Under the pieces are notes generated by a model. The model worked only from the letters and a program-made list of their open reading frames with translations. It did not search any database and was not told the origin of the DNA. 52,971 bases of DNA from the NCBI GenBank assembly GCA_041481715.1, contig JBGPCK010000004.1, positions 1 through 52,971 on the forward strand, written 5' to 3'. This DNA is from Thermoanaerobaculia bacterium (GTDB lineage: Bacteria > Acidobacteriota > Thermoanaerobaculia > UBA5066 > Gp7-AA6). Shown here one piece after another: positions 39,132 to 49,189 of the stretch; positions within the stretch are counted from its first letter, which is position 1, and each line of letters opens with the position of its first letter. Made by a program: the position numbers and the translations under genes.

Positions 39132-40102
39132 GCCTCACCGAGCAGCGCCTTGGCGTATTGCGTGGCGTCGAACGGCACCAGGTCGTCCATGCCCTCCCCG
39201 ACGCCGACGAAGAGCACGGGCAGCTGGAGCTCCCGGTAGATGGCGAGGACGACGCCTCCGCGGGCGCTGCCGTCCAGTTTTGTGAGCACCACTCCCGTCA
39301 CGCCCGCCGACTCCACGAACCGCCGCGCCTGCGCGAGGCCGTTGCCTCCCGTCGTGGCGTCGAGCACCAGCAAAGTCTGATGCGGAGCGCCGGGCACCTC
39401 GCGGCCGGCGATTCGGCGCATCTTGGCGAGCTCCTCCATCAGATTCCTCTTCGTGTGGAGGCGTCCGGCGGTATCGACGAGAAGTGTCTGCGTCCGGCGC
39501 GCCTTCGCCGCCGAAAGCGCGTCGAAGAGGACGGCGGACGGATCGGCTCCCTCCCTGTGCCGGACGACCGGTAGGTTCAGGCGCTCCCCCCAGATTTCGA
39601 GCTGCTCGATCGCGCCCGCCCGGAACGTGTCGGCGGCGGCGAGCAGGACGCTTTTCCCCTCCGACACGGCGCGCCGCGCGAGCTTGGCCGCCGTCGTGGT
39701 CTTGCCCGAGCCGTTGACACCCACGAGGAAGATGACCTCCAGTGGCGGCACCGGCGCCTCTGCCGGCCGCGGCGCCGGCGCGAGCAACTCCTCGATCTCT
39801 TCGATCAAGAGCCTACGCAGGCCCTCGAGATCCTTGCGGACCGCGGAATCGGCGCGCCGTCGAACGGCTTCGGTCAGCGCCGCGGAGGTCTCGGCGCCGA
39901 CGTCGGCCTCGAGCAGTGTCTCTTCGACCGACTCGAGAACGGTCTCGTCGATCCCGAGCCCCTTCTTGACCGCCGCGCCGAGCTTCTCGAGAATCTCGGT
40001 GTGGGTCATGAAGAGGCCCCGGCGGATCTTGGCGAAGAAGGTTCCCCTGCGGGCGGCGGACGCCTCGGCCTCGTCGGTCAGGGTCTTGCGCTCCTCGTCC
40101 AT
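39128..40102 (-). CDS. ftsY: Signal recognition particle receptor FtsY
   Basis: GVNGSGKTTT, DTFRAGA, DTAGRL, TKLDG, GVGE. Confidence 0.97.
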   Translation of the reverse strand: MDEERKTLTDEAEASAARRGTFFAKIRRGLFMTHTEILEKLGAAVKKGLGIDETVLESVEETLLEADVGAETSAALTEAVRRRADSAVRKDLEGLRRLLIEEIEELLAPAPRPAEAPVPPLEVIFLVGVNGSGKTTTAAKLARRAVSEGKSVLLAAADTFRAGAIEQLEIWGERLNLPVVRHREGADPSAVLFDALSAAKARRTQTLLVDTAGRLHTKRNLMEELAKMRRIAGREVPGAPHQTLLVLDATTGGNGLAQARRFVESAGVTGVVLTKLDGSARGGVVLAIYRELQLPVLFVGVGEGMDDLVPFDATQYAKALLGEA

Positions 40103-40168
40103 CGGAAGGGGAAAATATCCCGAGTGGGCCTCTGTGGCGATTCCCCGCGAGGCTGCAGTCCGGGGAAG

Positions 40169-40969
40169 CTAGCCGGTCTTCTGGCCCGACGGTTTTTCGC
40201 AGGGGGGCGGCGAGGCCTCCAGCACGAGACGGGCTTTGGTGCCGACGTCTCCCGTGGGATCGATCTCGACCGCCCTTTCGAGGTAGCGGCAGCCGAGTGG
40301 GCCCTTTTTCAGCTCGAGCAGGGTGAGCCCCAGCCGGAGATTCGCGTCGGCGCTCCGGGGCTGAATCCGAATGGCGTCCAGGTAATCCTCTGCCGCGGGT
40401 GCGAACTCGCCGCGGGCCTCCCGGGCGACGCCGCGCCCCAGGTGCGCGGCAAAGGAGCTCGGATCCCGAGCAAGCGCGGTCGAGAACTGCTCTTCCGCGC
40501 CCGCGTAATCCCCCTGAATCTGGTGCAGCCGTCCACGGTTGATCGCGGCGGCGAGGCGGTCCTCGGCGTTGGAGGAGGCGTCGGCGACCTGAAAGTCCTG
40601 CTCCGAGTCGGCGTACCGTGCAAGCTCCATGTAGGCGAGCCCTCGGTTGATGCGGTACCCCGCCTTTTTCGGAGAAATCTTCACGGCCCGGTCGAAGAAA
40701 TCCACCGATTCCTTTACGCGTCCCTGCATGAGCAGCGACGAGCCGAGGCCGTCGTAGAGATCCGGGTTGTTCGGGTCGTCTTTCAAGACCTCGCGGTAGG
40801 CGCGTTCCGCCTCCGCGGCCTGCCCCTCGCGGAGGAGGACGGCGGCCATTCGCTCATTCAGAAGGACCTCGGCGGAGGTCTTCGGCTGGCTCGGCGGGTG
40901 CGTCGAGCAGCCGGCCATGGTGGCCACCGTCAGCGCGACCGAGGCGAGCCGCCCGCCGCGCCGGCTCAA
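40169..40969 (-). CDS. TPR-repeat lipoprotein (PilF/PilW-like)
   Basis: TTG overlaps the upstream stop; lipobox MAGC; multiple TPRs. Confidence 0.82.
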   Translation of the reverse strand: MSRRGGRLASVALTVATMAGCSTHPPSQPKTSAEVLLNERMAAVLLREGQAAEAERAYREVLKDDPNNPDLYDGLGSSLLMQGRVKESVDFFDRAVKISPKKAGYRINRGLAYMELARYADSEQDFQVADASSNAEDRLAAAINRGRLHQIQGDYAGAEEQFSTALARDPSSFAAHLGRGVAREARGEFAPAAEDYLDAIRIQPRSADANLRLGLTLLELKKGPLGCRYLERAVEIDPTGDVGTKARLVLEASPPPCEKPSGQKTG

Positions 40970-42708
40970 AGGGCCCGCCGGAGGGGAGCCACCAGCTCCT
41001 CGGCCGGCTCCAGGATCTCCTCGCGCGGCGGCGGTATAAATTTCCCCCGGCCGGCCGCGCGTAAGAACGCCTCGACCACGACGGGATCGTATCGGACTCC
41101 CGAAAAGCTCTTGATTCGCTCCACGACGTAGCCGATCTCCATCGCTTTCTGGTAGGGGCGCGTCGTCGTCATCGCGTCGAACGTGTCGGCGACAGTCACG
41201 ATGCGGGCCTGCATCGGAATCGCCTCCCTCTTCAAGCCGTCGGGATAGCCGCCCCCCTCCCACTTCTCGTGATGGTGCTTCATCCCCGGAATGACGTCCG
41301 CCAGCTGGGGAATCGCGCCCATGATGGCGGCTCCTTTGGCCGGGTGCGTCTTCATCACCTCGAACTCCTCTTCGGTCAACGCCGTGGGCTTGCGAATAAT
41401 CCGGTCGTCCACGCCGATCTTGCCGACGTCATGCAGGAGCGCGGCGAGACGGACCTTTTCCACCTCCTCCGCGGTCAGACCCATCTCCTCGGCGATCGCC
41501 GAGGCGTAGCGCGCGACGCGCTCGGAATGGCCGCGCGTGTAGGGGTCCTTGGCGTCGATCGCCTCCGCGAGCGCTCGGATCGAGGAGAGGAAGAGCTCGC
41601 GGTTTTCGCGGGCTGCCCGCTGGACCTTCTCGAAAGCGTCGCGGATCGATTCGCTCATCCGGTTGAAGCTCGCTGAAAGGGCTGCGATCTCAGCGGCGCC
41701 GCCCACCTCCACCGTGGCGCCGTACTCCCCTTCGCTGATCGCCCGGGTCGAAGCCGCCAGGCGCGCGATCGGCTGCGAAAGGCGACGCGCGAACACGATA
41801 CCGAGCAGCAGCGCCACCGCCAGCGCGACGGCGCTCCAAAGCAGCGTGTCGCGCACCATCAGATTGACCGAAGCGAAAGCGAGGTCGAGGTCGCGTTCGA
41901 GCAGAACGCCCCAATCCGGTGCCCCGACGGGCGCGATCGAGGCGAGCACGGCGCCGCGCCGCGTTTGCTCGGACCGTGTCACCCGGGCGGGAAATCGGGT
42001 GAAGTCGGCCACGAGCGTGGAAGGGTGGCGGCGGATCGGCGAGCCCGGCGAGAAGGGAAACAGGATCGCGCCCTGGCGGTCGACCAGCGTGGCCCGGACT
42101 TCGCGCCGAGCCTCCCCGAGGAACTCCTGAAGGATCGGGCCCCAGGAAACGAGGGCTTCGACGACGCCCAGACGACTGCCGCCCTTGTCCGCGACGGGCG
42201 CGGCGAGGACGGCCACCGGGCCGAGAGAGGGCACCCAGAATGGCTTGCCCGAATAGCGCTCTCCGCCACGCGCGGTTTCGAAACCCTTGCGAAACTCCTC
42301 GTCCACGCGCGGTGAGCCGACGTCCGGCCCGGCGAAGGACCCCAACCCCTCGAGGTTGACCCCGCGCAGCGCCAGGAGAGACTTCTGGCCCTGGAGCACC
42401 GTGTCCAGCATCCGGGGCCCCTCCGACGACGTGAACGGGTCTTTCCCCGTCAGCTGAGCCGCCAGACGCATCTCCTCCGCCGTGCTCGCCAGCTGCGCCA
42501 AAGCCGAGACGTAATAGGCCGATACCCGGTCCGCCAGCGCCGAGGAGGAACGTGTCAGGTACTTCTCCTCCAGCGTCTCGAGCGCGCGCCGATTGCGCCG
42601 GATCAGAACGGTGTCCGAAACGAGCAGCGGCGCGAGCGACGCGACGACGAGGGCGCTCGAAAGGAGCACAAAGAGGCGGATCCTCGACCGCCCTCGGGGT
42701 GTGTTCAC
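40966..42708 (-). CDS. Membrane Cache-like/HAMP/HD-GYP c-di-GMP phosphodiesterase
   Basis: Two TMs flanking a periplasmic domain, HAMP, KDPYTRGHSERV, LHDVGK, HHEKWEGGGYP, ADTFDAMT. Confidence 0.92.
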   Translation of the reverse strand: MNTPRGRSRIRLFVLLSSALVVASLAPLLVSDTVLIRRNRRALETLEEKYLTRSSSALADRVSAYYVSALAQLASTAEEMRLAAQLTGKDPFTSSEGPRMLDTVLQGQKSLLALRGVNLEGLGSFAGPDVGSPRVDEEFRKGFETARGGERYSGKPFWVPSLGPVAVLAAPVADKGGSRLGVVEALVSWGPILQEFLGEARREVRATLVDRQGAILFPFSPGSPIRRHPSTLVADFTRFPARVTRSEQTRRGAVLASIAPVGAPDWGVLLERDLDLAFASVNLMVRDTLLWSAVALAVALLLGIVFARRLSQPIARLAASTRAISEGEYGATVEVGGAAEIAALSASFNRMSESIRDAFEKVQRAARENRELFLSSIRALAEAIDAKDPYTRGHSERVARYASAIAEEMGLTAEEVEKVRLAALLHDVGKIGVDDRIIRKPTALTEEEFEVMKTHPAKGAAIMGAIPQLADVIPGMKHHHEKWEGGGYPDGLKREAIPMQARIVTVADTFDAMTTTRPYQKAMEIGYVVERIKSFSGVRYDPVVVEAFLRAAGRGKFIPPPREEILEPAEELVAPLRRAL

Positions 42709-43799
42709 GTTAGAGACATTATAGCCGCCGCCGCCAGCCATTCCGCGGCCGGAACGGACTCTTCGACCCGCGCGCGCCCGACCGCCTCCAGCAGGACGGC
42801 GGCGATCCCCTGCGCGGTCGCCTTCTTGTCCCGTTCGAGATAGGGCACAAGCGCCGCCGGATCGCGGTGGGGCTCCGGAAAAGGCCCCAGTTGCGAAAGA
42901 ACATCCCGCACGGCGGCGGCGGCGGCCGGCGCGAGGCCGCAGCGCCTTTGCGAGATCTCGAGCGCCGCGGCGATTCCCCAGGCGACGGCCTCACCATGCT
43001 TGAGGTCCCGATACCCGCCCGCCGCCTCCAGAGCGTGCCCCAGGGTGTGCCCGAAGTTGAGCAGCCGCCGGCGCCCGCCTTCGCGGGGATCGGACGCCAC
43101 GATCGAGGCCTTCACCCGCGCCGCACCCGCGAGCAGGTCGAGCAGAGCCGCGTCCTCGCGCGCGAGAATGCGGGAGAGCGCCTCAGTGGCGCGCCGGGCC
43201 AGAGAGGCGTCGGCGATCCAGGCGGCCTTGAAGGCTTCGACCAGTCCCGCGCGGAAGTCCCGGTCGGGAAGCGACGCCGCGGCGCGCGGATCGATCAGGA
43301 CGACACGGGGAGGATGAAACGCCCCGAGCAGGTTCTTGCCGGCTGGATGGTCGATGCCGGTCTTTCCGCCGATCGCCGCATCGGCCATCGCGCCGGTCGT
43401 CGTCGGCACGGCGTTCCAGGCGACGCCGCGCAGAAGGATCGCTGCCGCAAACCCGGCGACGTCGCAGACCACTCCGCCGCCCACGGCCACCAGTGCATCG
43501 TCCCGCCGCAGGCCCGCCGCCAGCGCCTGATCGGCGATGCCGAGGAGCGTGTGGAAGTTCTTCGCCTCCTCGCGGTCGTCCAGCGTGATATCGGCGAGAA
43601 TCCGCCGGCCAAGGGCGCGCCGGACCGTCTCGGCCGCCAGGTGCGCTGCAGCCGTCGAAGCGAGCACGAACCGTCCCGAGGAAGAGAAAAGCCGCTCCCC
43701 GGCTTCTTCGAGCACCCCGGGGCCGATCCAGATCCGCGTGTCGGCGCCGAGGGCGTCGCCGGCGCGCAAGTGAATCGACTCGCGGGGCCCTTCAATCAC
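42705..43799 (-). CDS. aroB: 3-dehydroquinate synthase
   Basis: GTG overlaps aspS stop; GGGVVCDVAGF, PTT, DAAIGGKTG, KNLLGAFH, LNFGHT, HGEAV. Confidence 0.95.
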   Translation of the reverse strand: MIEGPRESIHLRAGDALGADTRIWIGPGVLEEAGERLFSSSGRFVLASTAAAHLAAETVRRALGRRILADITLDDREEAKNFHTLLGIADQALAAGLRRDDALVAVGGGVVCDVAGFAAAILLRGVAWNAVPTTTGAMADAAIGGKTGIDHPAGKNLLGAFHPPRVVLIDPRAAASLPDRDFRAGLVEAFKAAWIADASLARRATEALSRILAREDAALLDLLAGAARVKASIVASDPREGGRRRLLNFGHTLGHALEAAGGYRDLKHGEAVAWGIAAALEISQRRCGLAPAAAAAVRDVLSQLGPFPEPHRDPAALVPYLERDKKATAQGIAAVLLEAVGRARVEESVPAAEWLAAAAIMSLT

Positions 43800-45571
43800 G
43801 ATGGCCCGGAATCCCGAGGCGGCTCGATGCCAAGCTCCGCGAGCTGCGCCCGGGGGACGCGCGCGGGGGCACGCGTCATGAGGCAGATCCCGGAAGTCGT
43901 CTTCGGGAACGCGATGACTTCCCGCAGCGACGCCGCACCCGCCGCAATGGCGCAAATGCGGTCGAGACCCAGGGCAATGCCGCCGTGGGGCGGCGCGCCG
44001 TAGCGAAGGGCGTCGAGCAGGAAGCCGAAGCGCTCGCGGCCTTCCTCTTCCGAGATGCCGAGTCGGCGGAACACACGCTCCTGCACGTCGGCGCGATGAA
44101 TGCGAATCGAGCCCGACCCGAGCTCCCAGCCGTTGACGACCACGTCGTAGGCTCGAGCCCGGACGCGTCCCGGTTCCGTCTCGAGCAGGGGCAGATCCTC
44201 GTCGCGCGGCGCGGTGAAGGGGTGGTTCATAGGGAACCACTGGCCCGCTTCCTCGTCGAAGCCGAGCAGCGGAAAGTCCGTTACCCAGCAGAAAGCGTAG
44301 CGGGACTCGTCGACGAGCTTCGACTCCCGCGCCACGGCGCCGCGAAGAGCGGCGAGCGCCGCGAAAGCGGCCTTCTCCCGGTCGGCGACGATCAGGAGCA
44401 AGTCGCCGTCCGCGGCTCCCGCCTTCTCGAGCAGCCGGGCCAGAACGCCGTCGGGAAGGCTCTTCTTTGCGGGCGAGGTGACCTCGCCTCCCGCCTTCTT
44501 CATCCACACGAGGCCCGAGGCGCCGTGCTCCTGCGTCAGCGCGGCGAGCTCGTCGAGCTTCTTCCGGCTGAAGGGCGCCCCTCCAGGCACGCGGAGTCCG
44601 CGCACCGTGCCTCCGCCCGACAGCGCCTTCTGGAAGGGCGGAAAGCCCGAGTCCGCCGCCTCCTCGGTGAGGTTGACGAGGCCCAGGTCGAAGCGAAGGT
44701 CGGGCCGGTCCGTCCCGTAACGCTCCATCGCCTCGGCATACGTCAGCCGGCGGAAAGGGCGCGCCGCCTCGATGCCGGCAGCCGCGAACCCGGCCGCGAG
44801 AAAGGCTTCGACGACGTCGAAGACATCCTCCTCGGTTGGGAAGGACAGCTCCAGATCGACCTGCGTGAACTCGAACTGCCGGTCCGCCCGCAGGTCCTCG
44901 TCACGAAAGCAGCGGGCGATCTGGAAGTACTTCTCGAAGCCAGAGATCATGAGGATCTGCTTGAAGAGCTGCGGCGATTGCGGCAGCGCGTACCACTGGC
45001 CGCGGTGCACGCGCGACGGCACGAGAAAGTCGCGCGCTCCCTCGGGGGTCGACCGCGTGAGCATCGGCGTCTCGATCTCGAGAAAGCCCCGCTCGTGAAG
45101 CGTCTGACGGATGCGGAAGGCGATCTCGTCGCGCAGCCGTAAGTTCTTCTGCATCGCCGGCCGGCGCAGGTCCAGGTACCGGTACTGGAGGCGCAGCTCC
45201 TCGGTCGCATTGGTCCGATCCTCCACTACGAAGGGGGGTGTGTCGGACCGGGACAGGAACGTCAGGCGCGAGGCCACGACCTCGATGTCTCCGGTCGGCT
45301 GATCTGTGTGGCGCTGCGCCTCGGCACGCCGGACGACCTCGCCCTCGATCTCGACGACGTCTTCGGCGCGCGCCTGCCCGGCAGCGTCAACGGCCTCGCC
45401 GGGACAGCGGGCGCGGTCGAAGAGAACCTGGACGACGCCGCTGCGGTCCCGCACGGTCAGGAAGATCAACTCTCCGAGGTCCCGCCGCCGGCCGACCCAA
45501 CCCTGGAGCCGGACGCTGCGGCCGGCGTCTGCCGCCCGCAACTCACCGGCCGGCTGGCGCTTTGCAGTCAC
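43796..45571 (-). CDS. aspS: Aspartate--tRNA ligase
   Basis: RLQYRYLDLRR, STPEGARDF, QSPQLFKQ, CFRDEDLRADRQ, GAPPHGGIALGLDR. Confidence 0.97.
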   Translation of the reverse strand: MTAKRQPAGELRAADAGRSVRLQGWVGRRRDLGELIFLTVRDRSGVVQVLFDRARCPGEAVDAAGQARAEDVVEIEGEVVRRAEAQRHTDQPTGDIEVVASRLTFLSRSDTPPFVVEDRTNATEELRLQYRYLDLRRPAMQKNLRLRDEIAFRIRQTLHERGFLEIETPMLTRSTPEGARDFLVPSRVHRGQWYALPQSPQLFKQILMISGFEKYFQIARCFRDEDLRADRQFEFTQVDLELSFPTEEDVFDVVEAFLAAGFAAAGIEAARPFRRLTYAEAMERYGTDRPDLRFDLGLVNLTEEAADSGFPPFQKALSGGGTVRGLRVPGGAPFSRKKLDELAALTQEHGASGLVWMKKAGGEVTSPAKKSLPDGVLARLLEKAGAADGDLLLIVADREKAAFAALAALRGAVARESKLVDESRYAFCWVTDFPLLGFDEEAGQWFPMNHPFTAPRDEDLPLLETEPGRVRARAYDVVVNGWELGSGSIRIHRADVQERVFRRLGISEEEGRERFGFLLDALRYGAPPHGGIALGLDRICAIAAGAASLREVIAFPKTTSGICLMTRAPARVPRAQLAELGIEPPRDSGPS

Positions 45572-46863
45572 GCTTCCCTCCCCGCGCCGATCCGGCGCGC
45601 GAGCTCCGACCGTGCGAAGGTCTCCTGGCCGCCGGTCGCGAGACTCTTCCACGTCACGGTTCCGGCAGCCTTCTCGTCGGCGCCAAGCAGTGCGACGAAC
45701 ATTCGGTCACGGTCGTACCCGCGGACGGCCGCTTCCTCGTAGAGGATGCCGGCCCGCGAGAGCCCCCGTTTGAAACCGCGGACGAGCAGGTCTACCTCGA
45801 CGCAGCTTCCCGGCGCCGCTCGCCGTACCTCCTCGGCCAGGAGAAGCGCGTCCGGCAGCTCCTCCGGCCCCTGAGGCAGCACGAGCACGAACCCCCTTGC
45901 CGGAGGCCGGAACGGCGCCACCTGGAGCAGCCGGTCTTCGCCGATGGCAAAGCCGACGGCCGGCAGCGGCGGCCCCCCGAGCGACTCGACCAGGTTGTCG
46001 TAGCGGCCGCCCCCCAGGATCGCGTCCTGGGCACCCAGGTCCTTCGACAGAACCTCGAAGACCGTGCGTGTGTAGTAGTCGAGCCCCCGCACGAGCGACG
46101 GGTTCTCCTCGCACGGGATCCCGGCGTCCGAGAGGCGCCCACGCACCTCCTCATGGTGCCGGCGGGACTCGTCGTCCAGGAAGTCGCTCGTTTTCGGCGC
46201 GTCGGCAAGCCGCAGGCGCACCGCCGGGTCCTTCGACTCGAAGAGGCGCACAGGGTTCTCGGCCAGCCGGCGGCGGTCCTCCTCCGAGAACTCCGCGGAG
46301 CCCGGAGCCAGGTGCTGGCGCAGCGCGTCGGAAAAGGCGGCGCGCGTCGAAGCCGTGCCGACCGAATTGATGGAAACGGAGAGGTTCACGAAGCCCAGAG
46401 CCTTCAAGAACGCAAAGAGCATCTCGAGGACTTCGGCCTCCCCCGCCGGGCCCGGCACGCCGAAGAGCTCCGCCCCGATCTGGCGGAACTCGCGGTAGCG
46501 GCCGGCCTGCGGGCGCTCGTAGCGGAACTGCGGCCCGATGTAGTAGAGCCGCAGCGGCATTGGCCCGGTCGCGATCCCTCTCTCGATCAGCGCCCGCGCG
46601 ACCCCTGCCGTGTTTTCTGGCCGCAGCGTCAGGGAACGGCCACGGCGGTCCGGGAACGTGTACATCTCCTTGTGAACGATGTCGGTCGTCTCGCCGACCG
46701 ACCGGGCGAAGAGGTCGGTGTGCTCGAGAATCGGCGTGCGGACCTCACCGAACCCGCGGGCGCGGAACACCTCCCGGCAGACCGCCTCCGCGGCCGCCCA
46801 GCGCTCGGTCTCGGGGGGAAACAGATCCCGCGTGCCCTTCACGGCATGGTAGCGCGGCGTCAT
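45568..46863 (-). CDS. hisS: Histidine--tRNA ligase
   Basis: KGTRD, LRPENTA, FRYERPQAGRYREF, LVRGLDYYT, GGGRYD. Confidence 0.97.
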   Translation of the reverse strand: MTPRYHAVKGTRDLFPPETERWAAAEAVCREVFRARGFGEVRTPILEHTDLFARSVGETTDIVHKEMYTFPDRRGRSLTLRPENTAGVARALIERGIATGPMPLRLYYIGPQFRYERPQAGRYREFRQIGAELFGVPGPAGEAEVLEMLFAFLKALGFVNLSVSINSVGTASTRAAFSDALRQHLAPGSAEFSEEDRRRLAENPVRLFESKDPAVRLRLADAPKTSDFLDDESRRHHEEVRGRLSDAGIPCEENPSLVRGLDYYTRTVFEVLSKDLGAQDAILGGGRYDNLVESLGGPPLPAVGFAIGEDRLLQVAPFRPPARGFVLVLPQGPEELPDALLLAEEVRRAAPGSCVEVDLLVRGFKRGLSRAGILYEEAAVRGYDRDRMFVALLGADEKAAGTVTWKSLATGGQETFARSELARRIGAGREA

Positions 46864-47393
46864 TGGGCCCACTTTCCGTCGACGCGGAAGTACTCGTCTT
46901 TGTAGTCCAGGTAGTTGCGGTGGTAGTGCTTCAGGTCCTCGGTTTCTGCGTCCGATAGTAAGCGCACTTGCCGAGCCGGCACACCCAGCCACAGGGTCCG
47001 GGGCGGCACGGTCGTCCGCGGTGCCACCAGCGCTCCCGCGCCGATGAAAGCCGATTCACCGATATCCGCGCCGTCGAGCACCGTCGCGCGGATGCCGATC
47101 AGTGCGCCCTTGCGCACGATCGCGCCGTGCACGATCGCTCCATGCCCGAGCGTGACCTCCTCCTCGAGGACCGTCTCATAGCGCTCCGCCGTGACGTGAA
47201 TGGCGCAGTTGTCCTGAATGTTCGAGCGGTCGCCGATGCGGATGAAATTGCAATCGCCGCGGACGACGGAGTTGTACCAGATCGAGACGTCGTCTCCGAG
47301 GACAACGTCTCCGACCACGGCCGCCGTCTCCGCCAGATACACCCGCTCTCCGAGCCGCGGGAGCTTGCCCGCGTACTCCTTGATCAAGCCCAT
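46860..47393 (-). CDS. Gamma carbonic anhydrase family protein (YrdA-like)
   Basis: VVRGD, SNIQDNCAIH, LGHGAIVHG hexapeptide repeats. Confidence 0.93.
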   Translation of the reverse strand: MGLIKEYAGKLPRLGERVYLAETAAVVGDVVLGDDVSIWYNSVVRGDCNFIRIGDRSNIQDNCAIHVTAERYETVLEEEVTLGHGAIVHGAIVRKGALIGIRATVLDGADIGESAFIGAGALVAPRTTVPPRTLWLGVPARQVRLLSDAETEDLKHYHRNYLDYKDEYFRVDGKWAQ

Positions 47394-47471
47394 GAGGACC
47401 GGGAGTTTATGGTCTAAAGCCCAATGTATAAAGCCGTTCTTGCGCAAGCCGCGGCGTTTGGACGTCGGACC

Positions 47472-48089
47472 TTAGCCTTTGGACTCTCTCCGCGCCCAGA
47501 CGAATGCGCCCTGCCTCAAGACGGCGGGCGGAACCTCCGTCGCGTCGACCACCGTCGATGGCTTCCCGCCGGGAGTCCTCCCGCCGTCCACGAGCCAATC
47601 GATGTCTCGCCGAAACAGAGCCTCGATCGCGTCGGGGTTGTCCAGCGGGGGACTCCCCGAGCGATTGACGCTCGTCCCCGTCACCGGACCCATGCTCTGC
47701 AGGAGGGTCCGCAGCTTCCGGTCGGACGGCATCCGCACGCCGAGCTTCTTCAGCCCGCGCGATGCGGCGATCGGCTGGTGGATTGCGAAGACGGCCGTCA
47801 ATGGCGCGGGCCAGATCTGGAAGTAGGAATCGAGCACCCCCGGGGCCGCATCGATGCCGAGCCGGTCCAGATGCGCCCGCGTCGCGAAGAGCACCGGGAG
47901 CGCCTTCACCGCGTCGCGGCCCTTGATCTCGCAAATCCGACGCACACCCGCCTCGCTCCACGGGTCGGCCGCGAGGCCGTAGAAGGTCTCTGTCGGCAGC
48001 GCCACGACCCCGCCGTTGCCGAGCAGCTCCCTCAGCCGGAAGGTCTCCTCGCGGGAGGAATTCAAGTCGTCGATCGAAATGCGGCGCAT
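47472..48089 (-). CDS. tsaC: L-threonylcarbamoyladenylate synthase (TsaC/Sua5)
   Basis: PTETFYGL, IKGR, TSVNRSG, PSTVVD. Confidence 0.93.
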   Translation of the reverse strand: MRRISIDDLNSSREETFRLRELLGNGGVVALPTETFYGLAADPWSEAGVRRICEIKGRDAVKALPVLFATRAHLDRLGIDAAPGVLDSYFQIWPAPLTAVFAIHQPIAASRGLKKLGVRMPSDRKLRTLLQSMGPVTGTSVNRSGSPPLDNPDAIEALFRRDIDWLVDGGRTPGGKPSTVVDATEVPPAVLRQGAFVWARRESKG

Positions 48090-48157
48090 GGGCGAGTTAT
48101 CTGTTATCCGTCGTTGGTTGTCGGAGAGCGCACAAGAAACCGAGAACGGTGAACCGA

Positions 48158-49189
48158 CTACCTCCCAATGTACTTCGTGTAGAGCCCTTTGGCTCTCGCC
48201 GGATCTTCCGTGCCGCGCACCACGCAGCGGCCGTCGGAAAAGAGAGTCAAGTGCACGCCCTCGATCTCCGCGGAAAGAAGCTGAGGCGAGCGCCGGACAG
48301 GCCCGACGCGGGCCAGACGCCTTTCGAGCGCGTCGAAGTCGGGACGCTGCCTTCCGCCCCGCGCCACCTGAACCGAACGGCGGCCGCAAAGCTTGACCAC
48401 GTCGGAGGCCCCCTCCCCTTCCAACGCCGGGAACCGAAGGCCCGCGCAGACCGGACAGCTCGCGACGGGGCGGGCCCTGTCCAGAAGGCGCCCTCCCGAA
48501 AGCGGAGTCTTCCACACTTCCAGGCGCCACAGGCCGCGGCTCGGCCGTTCACCCACCGCAATCCGAAGCGCCTCGGTCATCGCGGCCGCGGCCACGAGCG
48601 GCGGCAGCGTCGGAACGATTCCGACCGTGTCGCAGGTCGGCCCCTCGCCCGCGGGGGGCAGCGCCTCGAGATAGCAACGCAGGCAAGGAGTCTGGCCGGG
48701 CATCGAGACGGCGACCAGCCCTTCCGAGCCGACGCAGGCGGCATAGATCGATGGAAGCTTCAGGGCGCGTGCGGTGTCGGAGGCGAGCAGGCGCGTCTCG
48801 AAGTTGTCCGACGCATCGAACACGAGGTCGTGGCCGGCGAGAAGGCGCCGTGCGTTGCGGTGGTCGAGGTCGGCCACGACACCGGTGACCGCGAGTCCGG
48901 GTGCGATCGCCGAGAGCCGCCGCGCCGCGGCCTCGGCCTTCGGCGTGACTCGGGCCGCGTCCGCTGCGTCGAAAAGAAACTGCCGCGCAAGGTTCGACTC
49001 CTCGACCACGTCTCGGTCGATCAGGGTCAGGCGGCCGAAGCCCGCCCGGGCGGCCGACTCCGCAGCGGCCGCTCCCACTGCCCCCACACCCACGAAGGCG
49101 ATCGAAAACCCGCCGATGCGCTTCTGTCCCTCCTCGCCGATGCCAGGGAACAGAATGGAACGGGAGTAGCGATCCCTCGCCCCGCTCAT
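48158..49189 (-). CDS. ThiF/MoeB-family adenylyltransferase
   Basis: RYSR, GVGAVG, DRDVVEESNLARQ, DNFETR, CLRC, TCDTVG, CPVC. Confidence 0.93.
   Translation of the reverse strand: MSGARDRYSRSILFPGIGEEGQKRIGGFSIAFVGVGAVGAAAAESAARAGFGRLTLIDRDVVEESNLARQFLFDAADAARVTPKAEAAARRLSAIAPGLAVTGVVADLDHRNARRLLAGHDLVFDASDNFETRLLASDTARALKLPSIYAACVGSEGLVAVSMPGQTPCLRCYLEALPPAGEGPTCDTVGIVPTLPPLVAAAAMTEALRIAVGERPSRGLWRLEVWKTPLSGGRLLDRARPVASCPVCAGLRFPALEGEGASDVVKLCGRRSVQVARGGRQRPDFDALERRLARVGPVRRSPQLLSAEIEGVHLTLFSDGRCVVRGTEDPARAKGLYTKYIGR

Noticed and set aside
48158-49189. ThiF/E1-like gene as a ubiquitin-like defence system
   Set aside because: Ordinary MoeB/ThiF protein in a housekeeping operon; no E2, JAB or Ubl neighbours.
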